The notes under the pieces: model-generated
Told to the model about the DNA's origin: nothing
Seen by the model: the letters and a program-made list of their open reading frames with translations, nothing else
Database searches by the model: none
Shown here: positions 26,312 to 34,880 of the stretch, piece by piece
Layout of the letters: the number at the start of each line of letters is the position of its first letter
Numbering within the stretch: the stretch's first letter is position 1
Program-made: the position numbers and the translations under genes
From: Actinomycetota bacterium
Lineage (GTDB): Bacteria; Actinomycetota; UBA4738; HRBIN12
DNA length: 38,159 nucleotides
Direction: 5' to 3'
Assembly: GCA_036257875.1 (NCBI GenBank)
Contig: DATAEV010000219.1
Span: 1 to 38,159, forward strand

Positions 26312-26704
26312 CTACGACTTGGTCTCCCAGAATACCTTCGCGACCTCGTCGACGGCGTCGAGGAGCTTCTGCCCCTGCGCCGGCTCTTCGGACTTCTTGG
26401 ACTCGCCGGCCAGCTTGGTGGCGTTCCAGAAGAGGTCGTGAAGGTTCGGGTGCTTCTCGAGGTGCTCGGGCTTGAAGTAGTCGGTCCAGAGCACCCAGAG
26501 GTGATGCTTCACGAGGTCCGCGCGCTCCTCTTTGATCGAGATCGCGCGCTCCTTGAAGATGGGATCGTCCGAACCCTGGTACTTCTCCTGACAGGCCTTC
26601 ACCGATTCGGCCTCGATGCGGGCTTGGGCCGGATCGTAGACGCCGCACGGAAGGTCGCAGTGCGCGTGGACGATGCGGCGTGGTGCGAGGATGCGGTCGA
26701 GCAT
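26312..26704 (-). CDS. sodN: Nickel-containing superoxide dismutase precursor
   Basis: 14-aa propeptide MLDRILAPRRIVHA followed by the Ni-hook HCDLPCGVYDP. Strong SD GAAGGAGG 7 nt upstream of the ATG. Length 130 aa. Confidence 0.95.
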   Translation of the reverse strand: MLDRILAPRRIVHAHCDLPCGVYDPAQARIEAESVKACQEKYQGSDDPIFKERAISIKEERADLVKHHLWVLWTDYFKPEHLEKHPNLHDLFWNATKLAGESKKSEEPAQGQKLLDAVDEVAKVFWETKS

Positions 26705-27167
26705 GGAACAACCTCCTTCTCGGGATCCCCAACCCAGGAGCGAATCCTACCGCCGAGGTCGGAGAACGCCTTCGGCGTGGATCGGCCTGGGGTCGCTCCT
26801 CGCCGTCGCGGGATGGACCTTCCTCCGGCACCGGCCCGCGCGGGTGGCGATCGAGGGCCCGTCCATGGCGCCGACGCTGTTCCCCGGCGACTGGGTGATC
26901 GTGGTCCCGCAACGCGTCTACCGGCGGCGAGCGGTCGTCGTCGTCGAGCATCCGGGCCGCCCGGGGTACGAGATCATCAAGCGGCTCGTCGCGCTCCCCG
27001 GGGACCGTGTCGGCGAACGGTCGCTCGCCGCGGACGAGTTCTGGGTGGAGGGAGACGGCCCGGCGTCGACGGACTCGCGTCACTTCGGTCCGGTGACCCG
27101 CACGGAGCTCAAGGCGCGAGCGATCTTCGTCTATCGCCCGCGCGAGCGTCGCGGCCTGATCCGCTAG
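26673..27167 (+). CDS. sodX: Ni-SOD maturation protease (S26-family signal-peptidase-like)
   Basis: GPSMAPTLFPGDWVIV (Ser), IIKRLVALPGDRV (Lys) and STDSRHFGPV. Divergent from sodN. The start is uncertain (26673, 26691, 26703, or GTG at 26844). Confidence 0.8.
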   Translation: MRRGARMRSSMEQPPSRDPQPRSESYRRGRRTPSAWIGLGSLLAVAGWTFLRHRPARVAIEGPSMAPTLFPGDWVIVVPQRVYRRRAVVVVEHPGRPGYEIIKRLVALPGDRVGERSLAADEFWVEGDGPASTDSRHFGPVTRTELKARAIFVYRPRERRGLIR

Positions 27168-27221
27168 GGACGGAGCCCGGCGCTCCCGTCGTCGCCGATC
27201 GTTGTCGCTACGCCTCTTACG

Positions 27222-28040
27222 ATGGTCGGCATGGAACCACCGGTCCCGCCGCGCCCGGACGAGCGGCCTTCCAGGTTCGACTGGGAGGGGGTCGACTGGA
27301 CGCCGCTGCCCACGCGGCGACGACGCCGCGGCGCGGCGCTCGTCGCCACGCTCGTTGCATGCGCGTTGGTCGCGGCTGCCATCGCCGGCGGCGTCACGGC
27401 GACGAAGACCATCGCGCCGAAGGGCTCCAGCAGGGACTATAAGTTCCTGGCCGTGATCGGCGGCCAGCCCGTGCGATGGAACCCGTGCCAGCCGATCCAC
27501 TACACGATCGACGCGGCGAGCGCGCCCGAGGGGTCCAGCGACGATGTCTACGAGGCGATCCAACGGATCTCGTCCGCCACCGGGATCACCTTCCTGTACG
27601 ACGGGCAGACCACGGAGGTCCCCCAACGCGACCGGCCTCCCTACGAGCCCGAGCGCTACGGGGGCCGTTGGGCTCCGGTGGTCATCGCCTGGGCGTCGCC
27701 CAGCCAGACCGACATCCCGTTCTCCGGGAACGGGCACGCGTTCGCTGCCGTTGCCCGGCCCCTGACGGCCCCGGATGACCCGCGGCAGTTCGTGAGCGGC
27801 TGGATCGTCCTCAACGCGCAAGATCCCAATCCACCGGGCTGGTCCGAACCGGGGGACCAAGGCCCGACGGTCCTGCACGAGCTCGGCCACATCATGGGGC
27901 TCAACCACGTGGCGTCGAAGGCCGAGCTGATGGAACCCTCTGGTGGGCTCGTCACGGACCTGGGTCCAGGTGACCGGCAGGGGCTGGCGCTGTTGGGCCG
28001 AGACGCGGGTTGCCTCGTGGAGCCGGTACCGGTTCCGTAG
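27222..28040 (+). CDS. Membrane-anchored matrixin-like (M10-type) zinc metalloprotease
   Basis: HELGHIMGLNH matches HExxHxxGxxH, with a downstream Met (ELMEP). N-terminal TM helix AALVATLVACALVAAAIAGG. Confidence 0.75.
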   Translation: MVGMEPPVPPRPDERPSRFDWEGVDWTPLPTRRRRRGAALVATLVACALVAAAIAGGVTATKTIAPKGSSRDYKFLAVIGGQPVRWNPCQPIHYTIDAASAPEGSSDDVYEAIQRISSATGITFLYDGQTTEVPQRDRPPYEPERYGGRWAPVVIAWASPSQTDIPFSGNGHAFAAVARPLTAPDDPRQFVSGWIVLNAQDPNPPGWSEPGDQGPTVLHELGHIMGLNHVASKAELMEPSGGLVTDLGPGDRQGLALLGRDAGCLVEPVPVP

Positions 28041-28089
28041 CGTGCCCGTTGCCCCTCACCAGGGCCCCGAGTAGGATGTTGCACCTGCA

Positions 28090-28161
28090 ATGATCCGAAC
28101 GCGCGAGATCGGCACCGTCGCGGCCATGATCCCGGACCGCATCTGCGCCTGTCCCTGCTGA
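28090..28161 (+). CDS. Candidate 23-codon leader ORF MIRTREIGTVAAMIPDRICACPC (hypothetical, regulatory)
   Basis: ATG at 28090 and TGA at 28159-28161, read by hand (below the ORF-track length cut-off). Three Cys in the last five codons. Promoter-like TTGCCC-N17-TAGGAT at 28049-28077. No SD, so it would be near-leaderless. Confidence 0.3.
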   Translation: MIRTREIGTVAAMIPDRICACPC

Positions 28162-28172
28162 CAGAGGGACAG
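28149..28172 (+). promoter_or_regulatory. Stem-loop CTGTCCCT-N8-AGGGACAG overlapping the Cys codons and stop of the leader ORF; followed by the anti-SD CCTCC (28175-28179)
   Basis: The inverted repeat was read directly. CCTCC is complementary to the tusA SD GGAGG at 28223-28227. Confidence 0.35.
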
Positions 28173-28237
28173 CGCCTCCGTTCGCGTCCATCTCGCACCA
28201 TCTCGTCCCGATCAAACGTCTTGGAGGTTCGACCGCC

Positions 28238-28474
28238 ATGGATGTCATCACGCGCACCGTCGATGCCAAGGGCCAGTCATGCCCCGGTCCGCTCGTCGCC
28301 CTCGCTCGCGCACTGAAGGAGGCCTCGACGGGCGACCTCTTCGAGCTCCTCGCGACCGACCCCGGGTCTCGTTCCGACGTGCCCAGCTGGGCCGAGATCA
28401 GCGGCAACGAGCTGCTCGAAGCCGACGCGCTCGAGGACGGCTCGTTCCGATACGTGATCCGGAAGGTGGTGTGA
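28238..28474 (+). CDS. TusA/SirA-family sulfur-carrier protein
   Basis: 78 aa. VDAKGQSCPGPLV is the CPxP active-site motif. Two-layer alpha/beta size and pattern. GGAGG SD. Confidence 0.85.
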   Translation: MDVITRTVDAKGQSCPGPLVALARALKEASTGDLFELLATDPGSRSDVPSWAEISGNELLEADALEDGSFRYVIRKVV

Positions 28475-28475
28475 C

Positions 28476-29057
28476 ATGAGCGCGACCGCCACGACCGGAT
28501 CGGAGCTCGACACGACCTCGCTCGCGGATCTGCTCCAGCGCGTGGAGGCGCTCGAGGCGGAGCAGTCGAAGCAGATCAAGAAGAAGAACAAGCTCACGAT
28601 CATCGCCTGGGGCGGCAACCTCGATCAGATCTGGCCGACGACGATCCTCGCGACAACGGCGGCGGCGTCCGGGATGGAATCCAGCGTCTTCTTCACCTTC
28701 TGGGGGTTGTTCGCGATCGTGAAGCCTGAGGTGCGGATCACGGGTGACAACTGGATGCAGAAGATGATGTCGGTCATGAATCCGGGATCGGCGCAGAAGG
28801 CGAAGCTCTCCCGCTACCACTTCGCCGGCGCGGGGCCCGCGATGTTCAAGAAGCTCGCCCAGGACCATCACGTGGCCACGCCGGATGAGCTGATCGCGCT
28901 CGCGAACGACCTAGGCGTCCGGCTGATCCCGTGCCAGATGACGATGGACCTCCTGGGACTCAAGCGCGACGACCTGATCGACGGGCTCGAGGAGCCGATC
29001 GGCGCGGCCACCGCGCTCGCCGAGATGCGCGACGCGGCCGTCTCGCTCTTCATCTAG
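28476..29057 (+). CDS. DsrE/DsrF-like (DrsE_2-type) sulfur-relay family protein
   Basis: KLTIIAWGGNLDQIWPTTILATTAAASGMESSVFFTFWGL ... LIPCQMTMDLLGL. 1-nt gap after the tusA-like gene. Confidence 0.8.
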   Translation: MSATATTGSELDTTSLADLLQRVEALEAEQSKQIKKKNKLTIIAWGGNLDQIWPTTILATTAAASGMESSVFFTFWGLFAIVKPEVRITGDNWMQKMMSVMNPGSAQKAKLSRYHFAGAGPAMFKKLAQDHHVATPDELIALANDLGVRLIPCQMTMDLLGLKRDDLIDGLEEPIGAATALAEMRDAAVSLFI

Positions 29058-29812
29058 CTCGGCGCGCCGCTCGCCGAGCCGGTGTTCGCCCGCCGCGCGC
29101 GGATGTTGAGGCGGACGTAGTCGATCACGCCGTCGGGGAGACGCTCCGCGGCGAGGCGCAGGACGCCGTCCCGCTCATCCTCCGGGATCCGGCCCAGGAC
29201 CGATCCCAGGCAGATCGTCCGGAGGTAGAGCTCGAGGTCGCCCCGCGGGATCGGCGTCGGCTCATCGTGCAGCCAGCACTCGATCCGATCGAAGCCGGCT
29301 CGCTCCAGCCGGCTCCGCGTCTCCTCCGGCCCCGCGAACAGCTTGTCCTCCTCCAGGTCGTAGCCCAGATCGCGGACGACGGTCGCCAGTCGTTCGGTAT
29401 TCCCCGCCCCTCCGCACTGAGCCGCCAGCTGCCCTCCGTGTCTCAATACGCCGGCGAGGTTGGCGAACAGCCGGTCGTGATCCGTGACCCAATGGAACGT
29501 GGCGGTGGACAGGATCGCGTCGACCGGTGGGAGCGGGATCGGATCGAGCAGATCGTGCACCAGGAACTCCACCCGATCGTCGGCGAGGCGCGTACGAGCC
29601 TGTTCGATCATCGAAGGCGAGCCGTCGAGCGCGACGACGGTTCCGTTCGGCACCCTCCGGAGCAGCTCGCGCGTCACCTGACCGGTCCCACAACCCGCGT
29701 CGAGGACTCGCTCGTCACCGGCCAGGTCAAGCCATCCCACGACCTCGGTGCCCCAGCGCGTCATGGGGATCGGGAGTCGGTCGTAGGCGTCGGCGTCCCA
29801 GTCCCGGGGCAT
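29054..29812 (-). CDS. Class I SAM-dependent methyltransferase (trans-aconitate methyltransferase-like)
   Basis: VLDAGCGTGQVTREL is SAM motif I. Length 252 aa. WDADAYDR N-terminus resembles Tam-type enzymes. Confidence 0.8.
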   Translation of the reverse strand: MPRDWDADAYDRLPIPMTRWGTEVVGWLDLAGDERVLDAGCGTGQVTRELLRRVPNGTVVALDGSPSMIEQARTRLADDRVEFLVHDLLDPIPLPPVDAILSTATFHWVTDHDRLFANLAGVLRHGGQLAAQCGGAGNTERLATVVRDLGYDLEEDKLFAGPEETRSRLERAGFDRIECWLHDEPTPIPRGDLELYLRTICLGSVLGRIPEDERDGVLRLAAERLPDGVIDYVRLNIRARRANTGSASGAPS

Positions 29813-29881
29813 CGTCCGGTGAGGCTACCGCGAGGCGTGTTTCGCAACGGTCGCCTCGGGTCTCTGCCGGTCGTTCGTGAC

Positions 29882-29891
29882 GCTAATTAGC
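29882..29891. promoter_or_regulatory. Perfect 10-bp palindrome GCTAATTAGC abutting the marR start; candidate MarR operator
   Basis: Read directly. It is an AT-rich island in a GC-rich intergenic region, between the divergent methyltransferase and marR genes. Confidence 0.35.
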
Positions 29892-29892
29892 G

Positions 29893-30369
29893 ATGCGTAC
29901 TATATTGGCTCACATGGAAGAGCCCATCACGGCGGTTGCCGGCCACGCGGAGCCCGCCGCCTTGGCGGCAAGGCTCCGCGTGGCCGGCTGGCGGTTCGCC
30001 CGCCGGATGCGTCGCGAATCCTCCCCGGGCATCAGCCCGACGCTCTCCGCAGCGCTGCACACCGTGGAGACGCAGGGCCCGATCACCGCGGGGCAGCTGG
30101 CCGCGTACGAGCACGTCCAGAAGCCGACGATGACGCGAACGATCCAAGCGATGCTCGATCGTGGCCTGGTCGAGCGCATCCCGGACCCTCTGGACGGCCG
30201 TGTGAGCTGGCTCAGCGTCACCCCCGAGGGCCGCAAGCTGCTGCAGCGGTCCCGCCGACGGACGGATGAGTTCCTCGCCAAGCGGGTCAAGAAGCTCTCC
30301 GCCGAGGAGCGTGAGGTGCTGGAGACCGCGGCCTTGTTGCTGGAGCGGCTCGCCGAGGGTGACCGATGA
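29893..30369 (+). CDS. MarR-family transcriptional regulator
   Basis: Winged-HTH pattern ITAGQLAAYEHVQKPTMTRTIQAMLDRGLVERIPDPLDGRVSWLSVTPEGRKLL. The alternative start at 29914 would be leaderless behind TATATT (29901-29906). Confidence 0.85.
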   Translation: MRTILAHMEEPITAVAGHAEPAALAARLRVAGWRFARRMRRESSPGISPTLSAALHTVETQGPITAGQLAAYEHVQKPTMTRTIQAMLDRGLVERIPDPLDGRVSWLSVTPEGRKLLQRSRRRTDEFLAKRVKKLSAEEREVLETAALLLERLAEGDR

Positions 30370-31655
30370 GCCCGCGGGTCACGCAAGCGTGGCGTCGGAC
30401 CTTCGCGTCCGCGCGGGGATCACGCAACTTCCGGCTGTTCCTGAGCGGCCAGTTCATCTCGGCGATCGGGACGTGGATGACCTTCACGGCGACGTCGTGG
30501 CTCATCCTCACGCTGACGGGGAGTGGCACCGCTCTGGGGATCAACGCGGCGCTCGCCTTCGGGCCGGTCCTGGTGCTGGGGCCGTGGGGCGGGGTCCTCG
30601 CGGACCGCTTCGACAAACGCCGGATCCTGACGTTCACCCAGAGCACGGCCGCCGTCATCTCGCTCAGCCTCGCGACGATCGTGTTCACCGACGCCGTTTC
30701 GCTCTGGATGGTGTTCGCCCTCTCGCTCGCCTCGGGGATCGTCATCTCCATCGACAACCCGGCCCGGCAGAGCTTCTACGTAGAGATGGTGGGCGAGGGC
30801 ACGCTGACCAACGCCGTCAGTTTGAACAGCGCCGCATTCACCGGCGCACGCATCATCGGGCCGGCGGTCGCCGGCATCCTGATCGCCACGGTGGGGATGG
30901 CGATCTGCTTCCTGATCGACGGGATCTCCTACCTCGCGGTCCTGGCTGCCTTGCTCGCCATGCACGGCGCCGAGATGCACGCCCAGCGTCGGTCGACCCG
31001 CGAGCGCGGGCATCTGGTCGCCGGGCTGCGCTACGTGTGGGAGACCGACGCGCTCCGCCGGCCGCTGTTGGTGATGGCGGTGGTGTTCACGTTCGTGTTC
31101 GAGTGGCAGGTGCTGGTTCCACTGCTCGCGAACCACACGTTCCACGCGGGGCCGGGTGCGTTCGGCCTGCTCTCCGCGGCTGCGGGGCTCGGCTCGTTCA
31201 TCGGGGCGATCCTGGCGGCGAACCGGAACGAGCGACCGTCGATGCACGGCCTCGGTGTCTGGCTCGCCGCGGTCGGCGTGACGATGGCGCTGGTCTCGGT
31301 CGCTCCGACGCTTCCCGTCGCGATGGTCCTGATGGTGCCGATCGGGTTCTTCGCGATGTCGTTCATGATCACCGGCAACACGATGCTCCAGCTGGAGGCC
31401 AAACCGCAGGCGCGCGGGCGCGTGATGGCGCTGTACGGGGTGGTCTTCCTGGGCTCGACGCCGATCGGGGCGCCGCTGGTCGGTTGGCTCGCCGAGCTCC
31501 TCGGTGCGCGCCTGATGTTCCTCGCTGCCGGTTCGCTCGCGGTGGCAGTCGCGGTTGCGGTCCTCGTGAGCCGGTCCGGTTCCCGCGTCACCCGAGACGA
31601 GACGATCGACGAACCGGTCGGCGCCCTGGACGCACGTGAGGCAGCGACGGCCTGA
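30366..31655 (+). CDS. MFS transporter (EntS/MFS_3-like)
   Basis: 429 aa, about 12 TM helices. FRLFLSGQFISAIGTWM ... GVLADRFDKRRIL is typical of this MFS subgroup. The start overlaps the marR stop. Confidence 0.85.
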   Translation: MSPRVTQAWRRTFASARGSRNFRLFLSGQFISAIGTWMTFTATSWLILTLTGSGTALGINAALAFGPVLVLGPWGGVLADRFDKRRILTFTQSTAAVISLSLATIVFTDAVSLWMVFALSLASGIVISIDNPARQSFYVEMVGEGTLTNAVSLNSAAFTGARIIGPAVAGILIATVGMAICFLIDGISYLAVLAALLAMHGAEMHAQRRSTRERGHLVAGLRYVWETDALRRPLLVMAVVFTFVFEWQVLVPLLANHTFHAGPGAFGLLSAAAGLGSFIGAILAANRNERPSMHGLGVWLAAVGVTMALVSVAPTLPVAMVLMVPIGFFAMSFMITGNTMLQLEAKPQARGRVMALYGVVFLGSTPIGAPLVGWLAELLGARLMFLAAGSLAVAVAVAVLVSRSGSRVTRDETIDEPVGALDAREAATA

Positions 31656-31658
31656 GCA

Positions 31659-33152
31659 TCACGGCAGCGTTCGCTGGTCGTCCCGTTCCCGGTCGACCGT
31701 CCAGACGCCACCTGCGTCCGGCCGGCTGACGTCCAGGACCGTCCCGTCGCGGAGCGACAGACGGAAGCAACGACGACGCACCCCGTTCCGTTCCTCGAGC
31801 CACGTCTTCAGCACCTCCACGGACTCCTCGGCCGCCCCCCAGCGGACGGCGTGGGGCCACTCCTCCGCTCGCGCCCCTTCCGAGAAGACGATGCGGACGT
31901 CGGCGATGCCCCCGATCCATCGGGGGAGGACCGGCGCCCAGGCGATGAACACCAGGCTGACGAGCGCGACGGTGCCGTGGGTGCCGAGCGCAGGGACCAG
32001 CGGGATCACGAGCGCCGCGGCGAGGATGCGTGCGACGTTGTAGACGACGTCGTAGACCGAGAAGACACGCCCGCGATACCCGTCCGGGAGCGACCCCTGC
32101 ACGATCGTGTCGACGGGCACCTTCTTCCACGCGAAGGCGAGACCGACCACGAAGCTCGCGACCAGGATCGTCCAGCCACGGAGGTACAGCGCGGCACCGA
32201 GCAGGGCGCACCCGCCCACCACGAACGCGCCCGCGATGATCCGCTCCTTGCTCCAACGCTCCTCGAGCCACCCGACCGTCACGATCCCCATCAGCACGCC
32301 CACGCCACCCGCGCCGACCAGGTTGGAGTACGAGCCGACGCCCTCCTTGAACTGTTCTCGGAACACGACCGCCGCGACCGTGAGGATGATCCCCTGCCCC
32401 ATCGAGTCGATCGAGATCGCGGTGATGGGCCCGATCGCCCGAGGCGTCCGCAGGAGCGTGGATGCGCCGTCGCTGAGCTCCACGAAGACCCGGCGGAGCT
32501 GATGGCGCAGGAGCTCGTCAGGCTCCGGGATGGTCAACGGGGCGAGATCGGACCCGAGCCGGAGCGCGAGCAGGGTCGCACCGAGCCACGCGAGGGCGGC
32601 GACCGCGACGACCGGGCCGGACCCGCTGGCGTCCGCGAGCTGCCCGCCGAGGAAGAAGCCCACCAACAGTGCGAGCGTCCCGCCGACGGTCGCGAGCGAG
32701 TTGGCGATCAGCAGGTCGTCGCTGGGAACGAGTCGTGGGACGACCGCCGAGGCCGTCGCGAGGTAGAAGCGGTTGATCGAGATCACGGCGAGCGCCCCCA
32801 CGTAGAACGGGATGGCGTGCGCGGTCGGGTTGAAGAGCACGGATCCCACGAGCGCCACCTTGAGGAGCGGCGCGTATGCGAGGATGCGCCGCCGCCGCCA
32901 CCGGTCGATGAAGACGCCGACGAATGGCCCCAGGAGCGTGAACGGGAGCGCGGTGATCAGCGCCGCCTTGAAGAGCCCGAACGTGGTGCTGTGTTCGCTC
33001 GGGTTGAAGACGACCGATGCGAACAGCGCGACGGTGAAGAATCCGTCGCCGCCCTGTCCGACGATACGGATCGCGAAGAGCGTGCGGAAATCGTCGCCGC
33101 GGAGCGCGACGCGTGCGCGTTCCAGGGCTCCCGGGGTAGCGACCGCGGCCAT
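31659..33152 (-). CDS. MFS transporter with a ~90-aa soluble C-terminal extension
   Basis: 497 aa. FRTLFAIRIVGQGGDGFF ... GVFIDRWRRRRIL. The hydrophilic tail starts near PRWIGGIADVRIVFSEG. Confidence 0.85.
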   Translation of the reverse strand: MAAVATPGALERARVALRGDDFRTLFAIRIVGQGGDGFFTVALFASVVFNPSEHSTTFGLFKAALITALPFTLLGPFVGVFIDRWRRRRILAYAPLLKVALVGSVLFNPTAHAIPFYVGALAVISINRFYLATASAVVPRLVPSDDLLIANSLATVGGTLALLVGFFLGGQLADASGSGPVVAVAALAWLGATLLALRLGSDLAPLTIPEPDELLRHQLRRVFVELSDGASTLLRTPRAIGPITAISIDSMGQGIILTVAAVVFREQFKEGVGSYSNLVGAGGVGVLMGIVTVGWLEERWSKERIIAGAFVVGGCALLGAALYLRGWTILVASFVVGLAFAWKKVPVDTIVQGSLPDGYRGRVFSVYDVVYNVARILAAALVIPLVPALGTHGTVALVSLVFIAWAPVLPRWIGGIADVRIVFSEGARAEEWPHAVRWGAAEESVEVLKTWLEERNGVRRRCFRLSLRDGTVLDVSRPDAGGVWTVDRERDDQRTLP

Positions 33153-33167
33153 GTGCCGCCGCCGCCG

Positions 33168-34289
33168 TCAGGCTTTCGTCGTGTCGAAGAACCGCGTCCA
33201 GTCGGCGTTCGCGGACTCGCCGTCCCCCAGGATGAACTCCTCGACCATCTCGCGCGCCATGTCGTCGCTGAACTGCACGGGCGGCGACTTCATGAAGTAC
33301 GCGGAGGGACCGATCAGCGGCCCGCCGATCCCTCGATCCTTCGCGACCTTCGCGCACCGCAGCGCGTCGATGATGACGCCCGCGGAGTTGGGTGAGTCCC
33401 ACACCTCGAGCTTCATCTCGATCGTCAACGGAACGTCGCCGAAGTTCCGCCCCTCGAGGCGGATCATCGCCCACTTCCGGTCCTGGAGCCACGGCACGTG
33501 GTCGGACGGGCCGATGTGGATGTTCTCCTTGCTCAACGGCTCCTCGAGCTGCGACTGGACGGACTGCGTCTTCGAGACCTTCTTCGAGGTCAGTCGCTCC
33601 CGCTCGAGCATGTTCATGAAGTCCATGTTGCCGCCGAAGTTGAGCTGGTAGGTCCGGTCGAGCTCCACGCCTCGATCTTCGAAGAGCTTCGCCAAGACGC
33701 GATGCGTGATCGTGGCACCCACTTGGCTCTTGATGTCGTCACCGACGATCGGGACCCCGGCGTCGGCGAACCGCTTCGCCCAGACGGGGTCGCTCGCCAG
33801 GAACACCGGGAGCGCGTTGACGAGGGCGACCTTGGCATCGATCGCGCACTGCGCGTAATAGCGGTCGGCCTGCTCCGACCCGACCGGCAGGTAGCTGATC
33901 AGCACGTCCGCCCGCGCGTCTCGGAGGACCTGAACCACGTCCGCCTCGGGCTCGTCGGACTCCACGATCGTGTCGCGGTAGTAGGTCCCGAGCCCGTCGA
34001 GGGTCCGCCCGCGCATCACGGTGACACCGGTCGGCGGCACGTCGGAGAAGCGGATCGTGTTGTTCGGCTCGGTGAAGATGGCCTCGGAGACGTCCTTGCC
34101 GACCTTCTTCGCGTCGACGTCGAACGCGGCGACGACCTCGACGTCACGGATGTGGTACCCGCCGAGCTCCACGTGCATCAATCCGGGGACCCGTTCGGCG
34201 GGGTCCGCGTCCTTGTAGTACTCGAGTCCTTGGACGAGGGACGAGGCGCAGTTGCCGAGTCCGACGATGGCGATGCGAACCGTGCTCAT
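33168..34289 (-). CDS. ino1: myo-Inositol-3-phosphate (inositol-1-phosphate) synthase
   Basis: [25 protein letters not shown] ... [21 protein letters not shown] ... LNFGGNMDF. The start overlaps the padR stop (ATGA). The padR-ino1 pairing matches Rv0047c-Rv0046c. Confidence 0.95.
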   Translation of the reverse strand: MSTVRIAIVGLGNCASSLVQGLEYYKDADPAERVPGLMHVELGGYHIRDVEVVAAFDVDAKKVGKDVSEAIFTEPNNTIRFSDVPPTGVTVMRGRTLDGLGTYYRDTIVESDEPEADVVQVLRDARADVLISYLPVGSEQADRYYAQCAIDAKVALVNALPVFLASDPVWAKRFADAGVPIVGDDIKSQVGATITHRVLAKLFEDRGVELDRTYQLNFGGNMDFMNMLERERLTSKKVSKTQSVQSQLEEPLSKENIHIGPSDHVPWLQDRKWAMIRLEGRNFGDVPLTIEMKLEVWDSPNSAGVIIDALRCAKVAKDRGIGGPLIGPSAYFMKSPPVQFSDDMAREMVEEFILGDGESANADWTRFFDTTKA

Positions 34290-34879
34290 GCTGTTCGCTC
34301 CTTCCTCCGAAGCGTCGCGGAGGCGCGACGCCTCTGCCCCACCGGGGCGGTGATGCCGTACTTGGTGCGCTCCTGTTGGATCAATCCCGCGAGCCAGGCG
34401 ATGTCCGCTTCGCTCGCCGCGCGACCGTGCTCCATGAGGGCGCGTTGGTAGTCGTCCCCGTCGTCGGCCGCTTCCGCGATGGCCGCCTTGACGGCCTCGA
34501 GCCGTTCTGCGAGCGCGGCGCGGCGCCGGTCCAGCAGGCGGATCCTCGTCTCGGGCGGCAGGTAGCGGAAGAACGCGAGACGGATCCGGAACCGAGCATC
34601 CTCCGCCTGGGTGTCGGACGGAGGCTCCTCGAGCAGCTTGATGAAGAGTCGCTCACCCGGGGCCGTGATCCGGTAGACGAGGCGCTTCCGCCCGGTCCCA
34701 GCGCTGGTGCCTGGCACCTGCTCGACCGCGCCCTCGCGCTCGAGGCGCTTGAGGGTCGGATAGAGGGACCCGTACGAGACCTTCCAGAGGCCGCCGAGCT
34801 GTTCGGTGAGCTCCCTCGAGAGCTGGTAGCCGTGCATCGGGCGCTCCTTCAGGAGGCCCAGGATCGCGAGTTCCAACAT
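34286..34879 (-). CDS. PadR-family transcriptional regulator
   Basis: [49 protein letters not shown] is the PadR winged helix. Length 197 aa. Confidence 0.9.
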   Translation of the reverse strand: MLELAILGLLKERPMHGYQLSRELTEQLGGLWKVSYGSLYPTLKRLEREGAVEQVPGTSAGTGRKRLVYRITAPGERLFIKLLEEPPSDTQAEDARFRIRLAFFRYLPPETRIRLLDRRRAALAERLEAVKAAIAEAADDGDDYQRALMEHGRAASEADIAWLAGLIQQERTKYGITAPVGQRRRASATLRRKERTA

Positions 34880-34880
34880 G

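Noticed and set aside
26016-27908. 630-aa minus-strand ORF
   Set aside because: It overlaps sodN in another frame and is antisense to sodX and the matrixin gene. It is Arg/Pro-rich with no domain.
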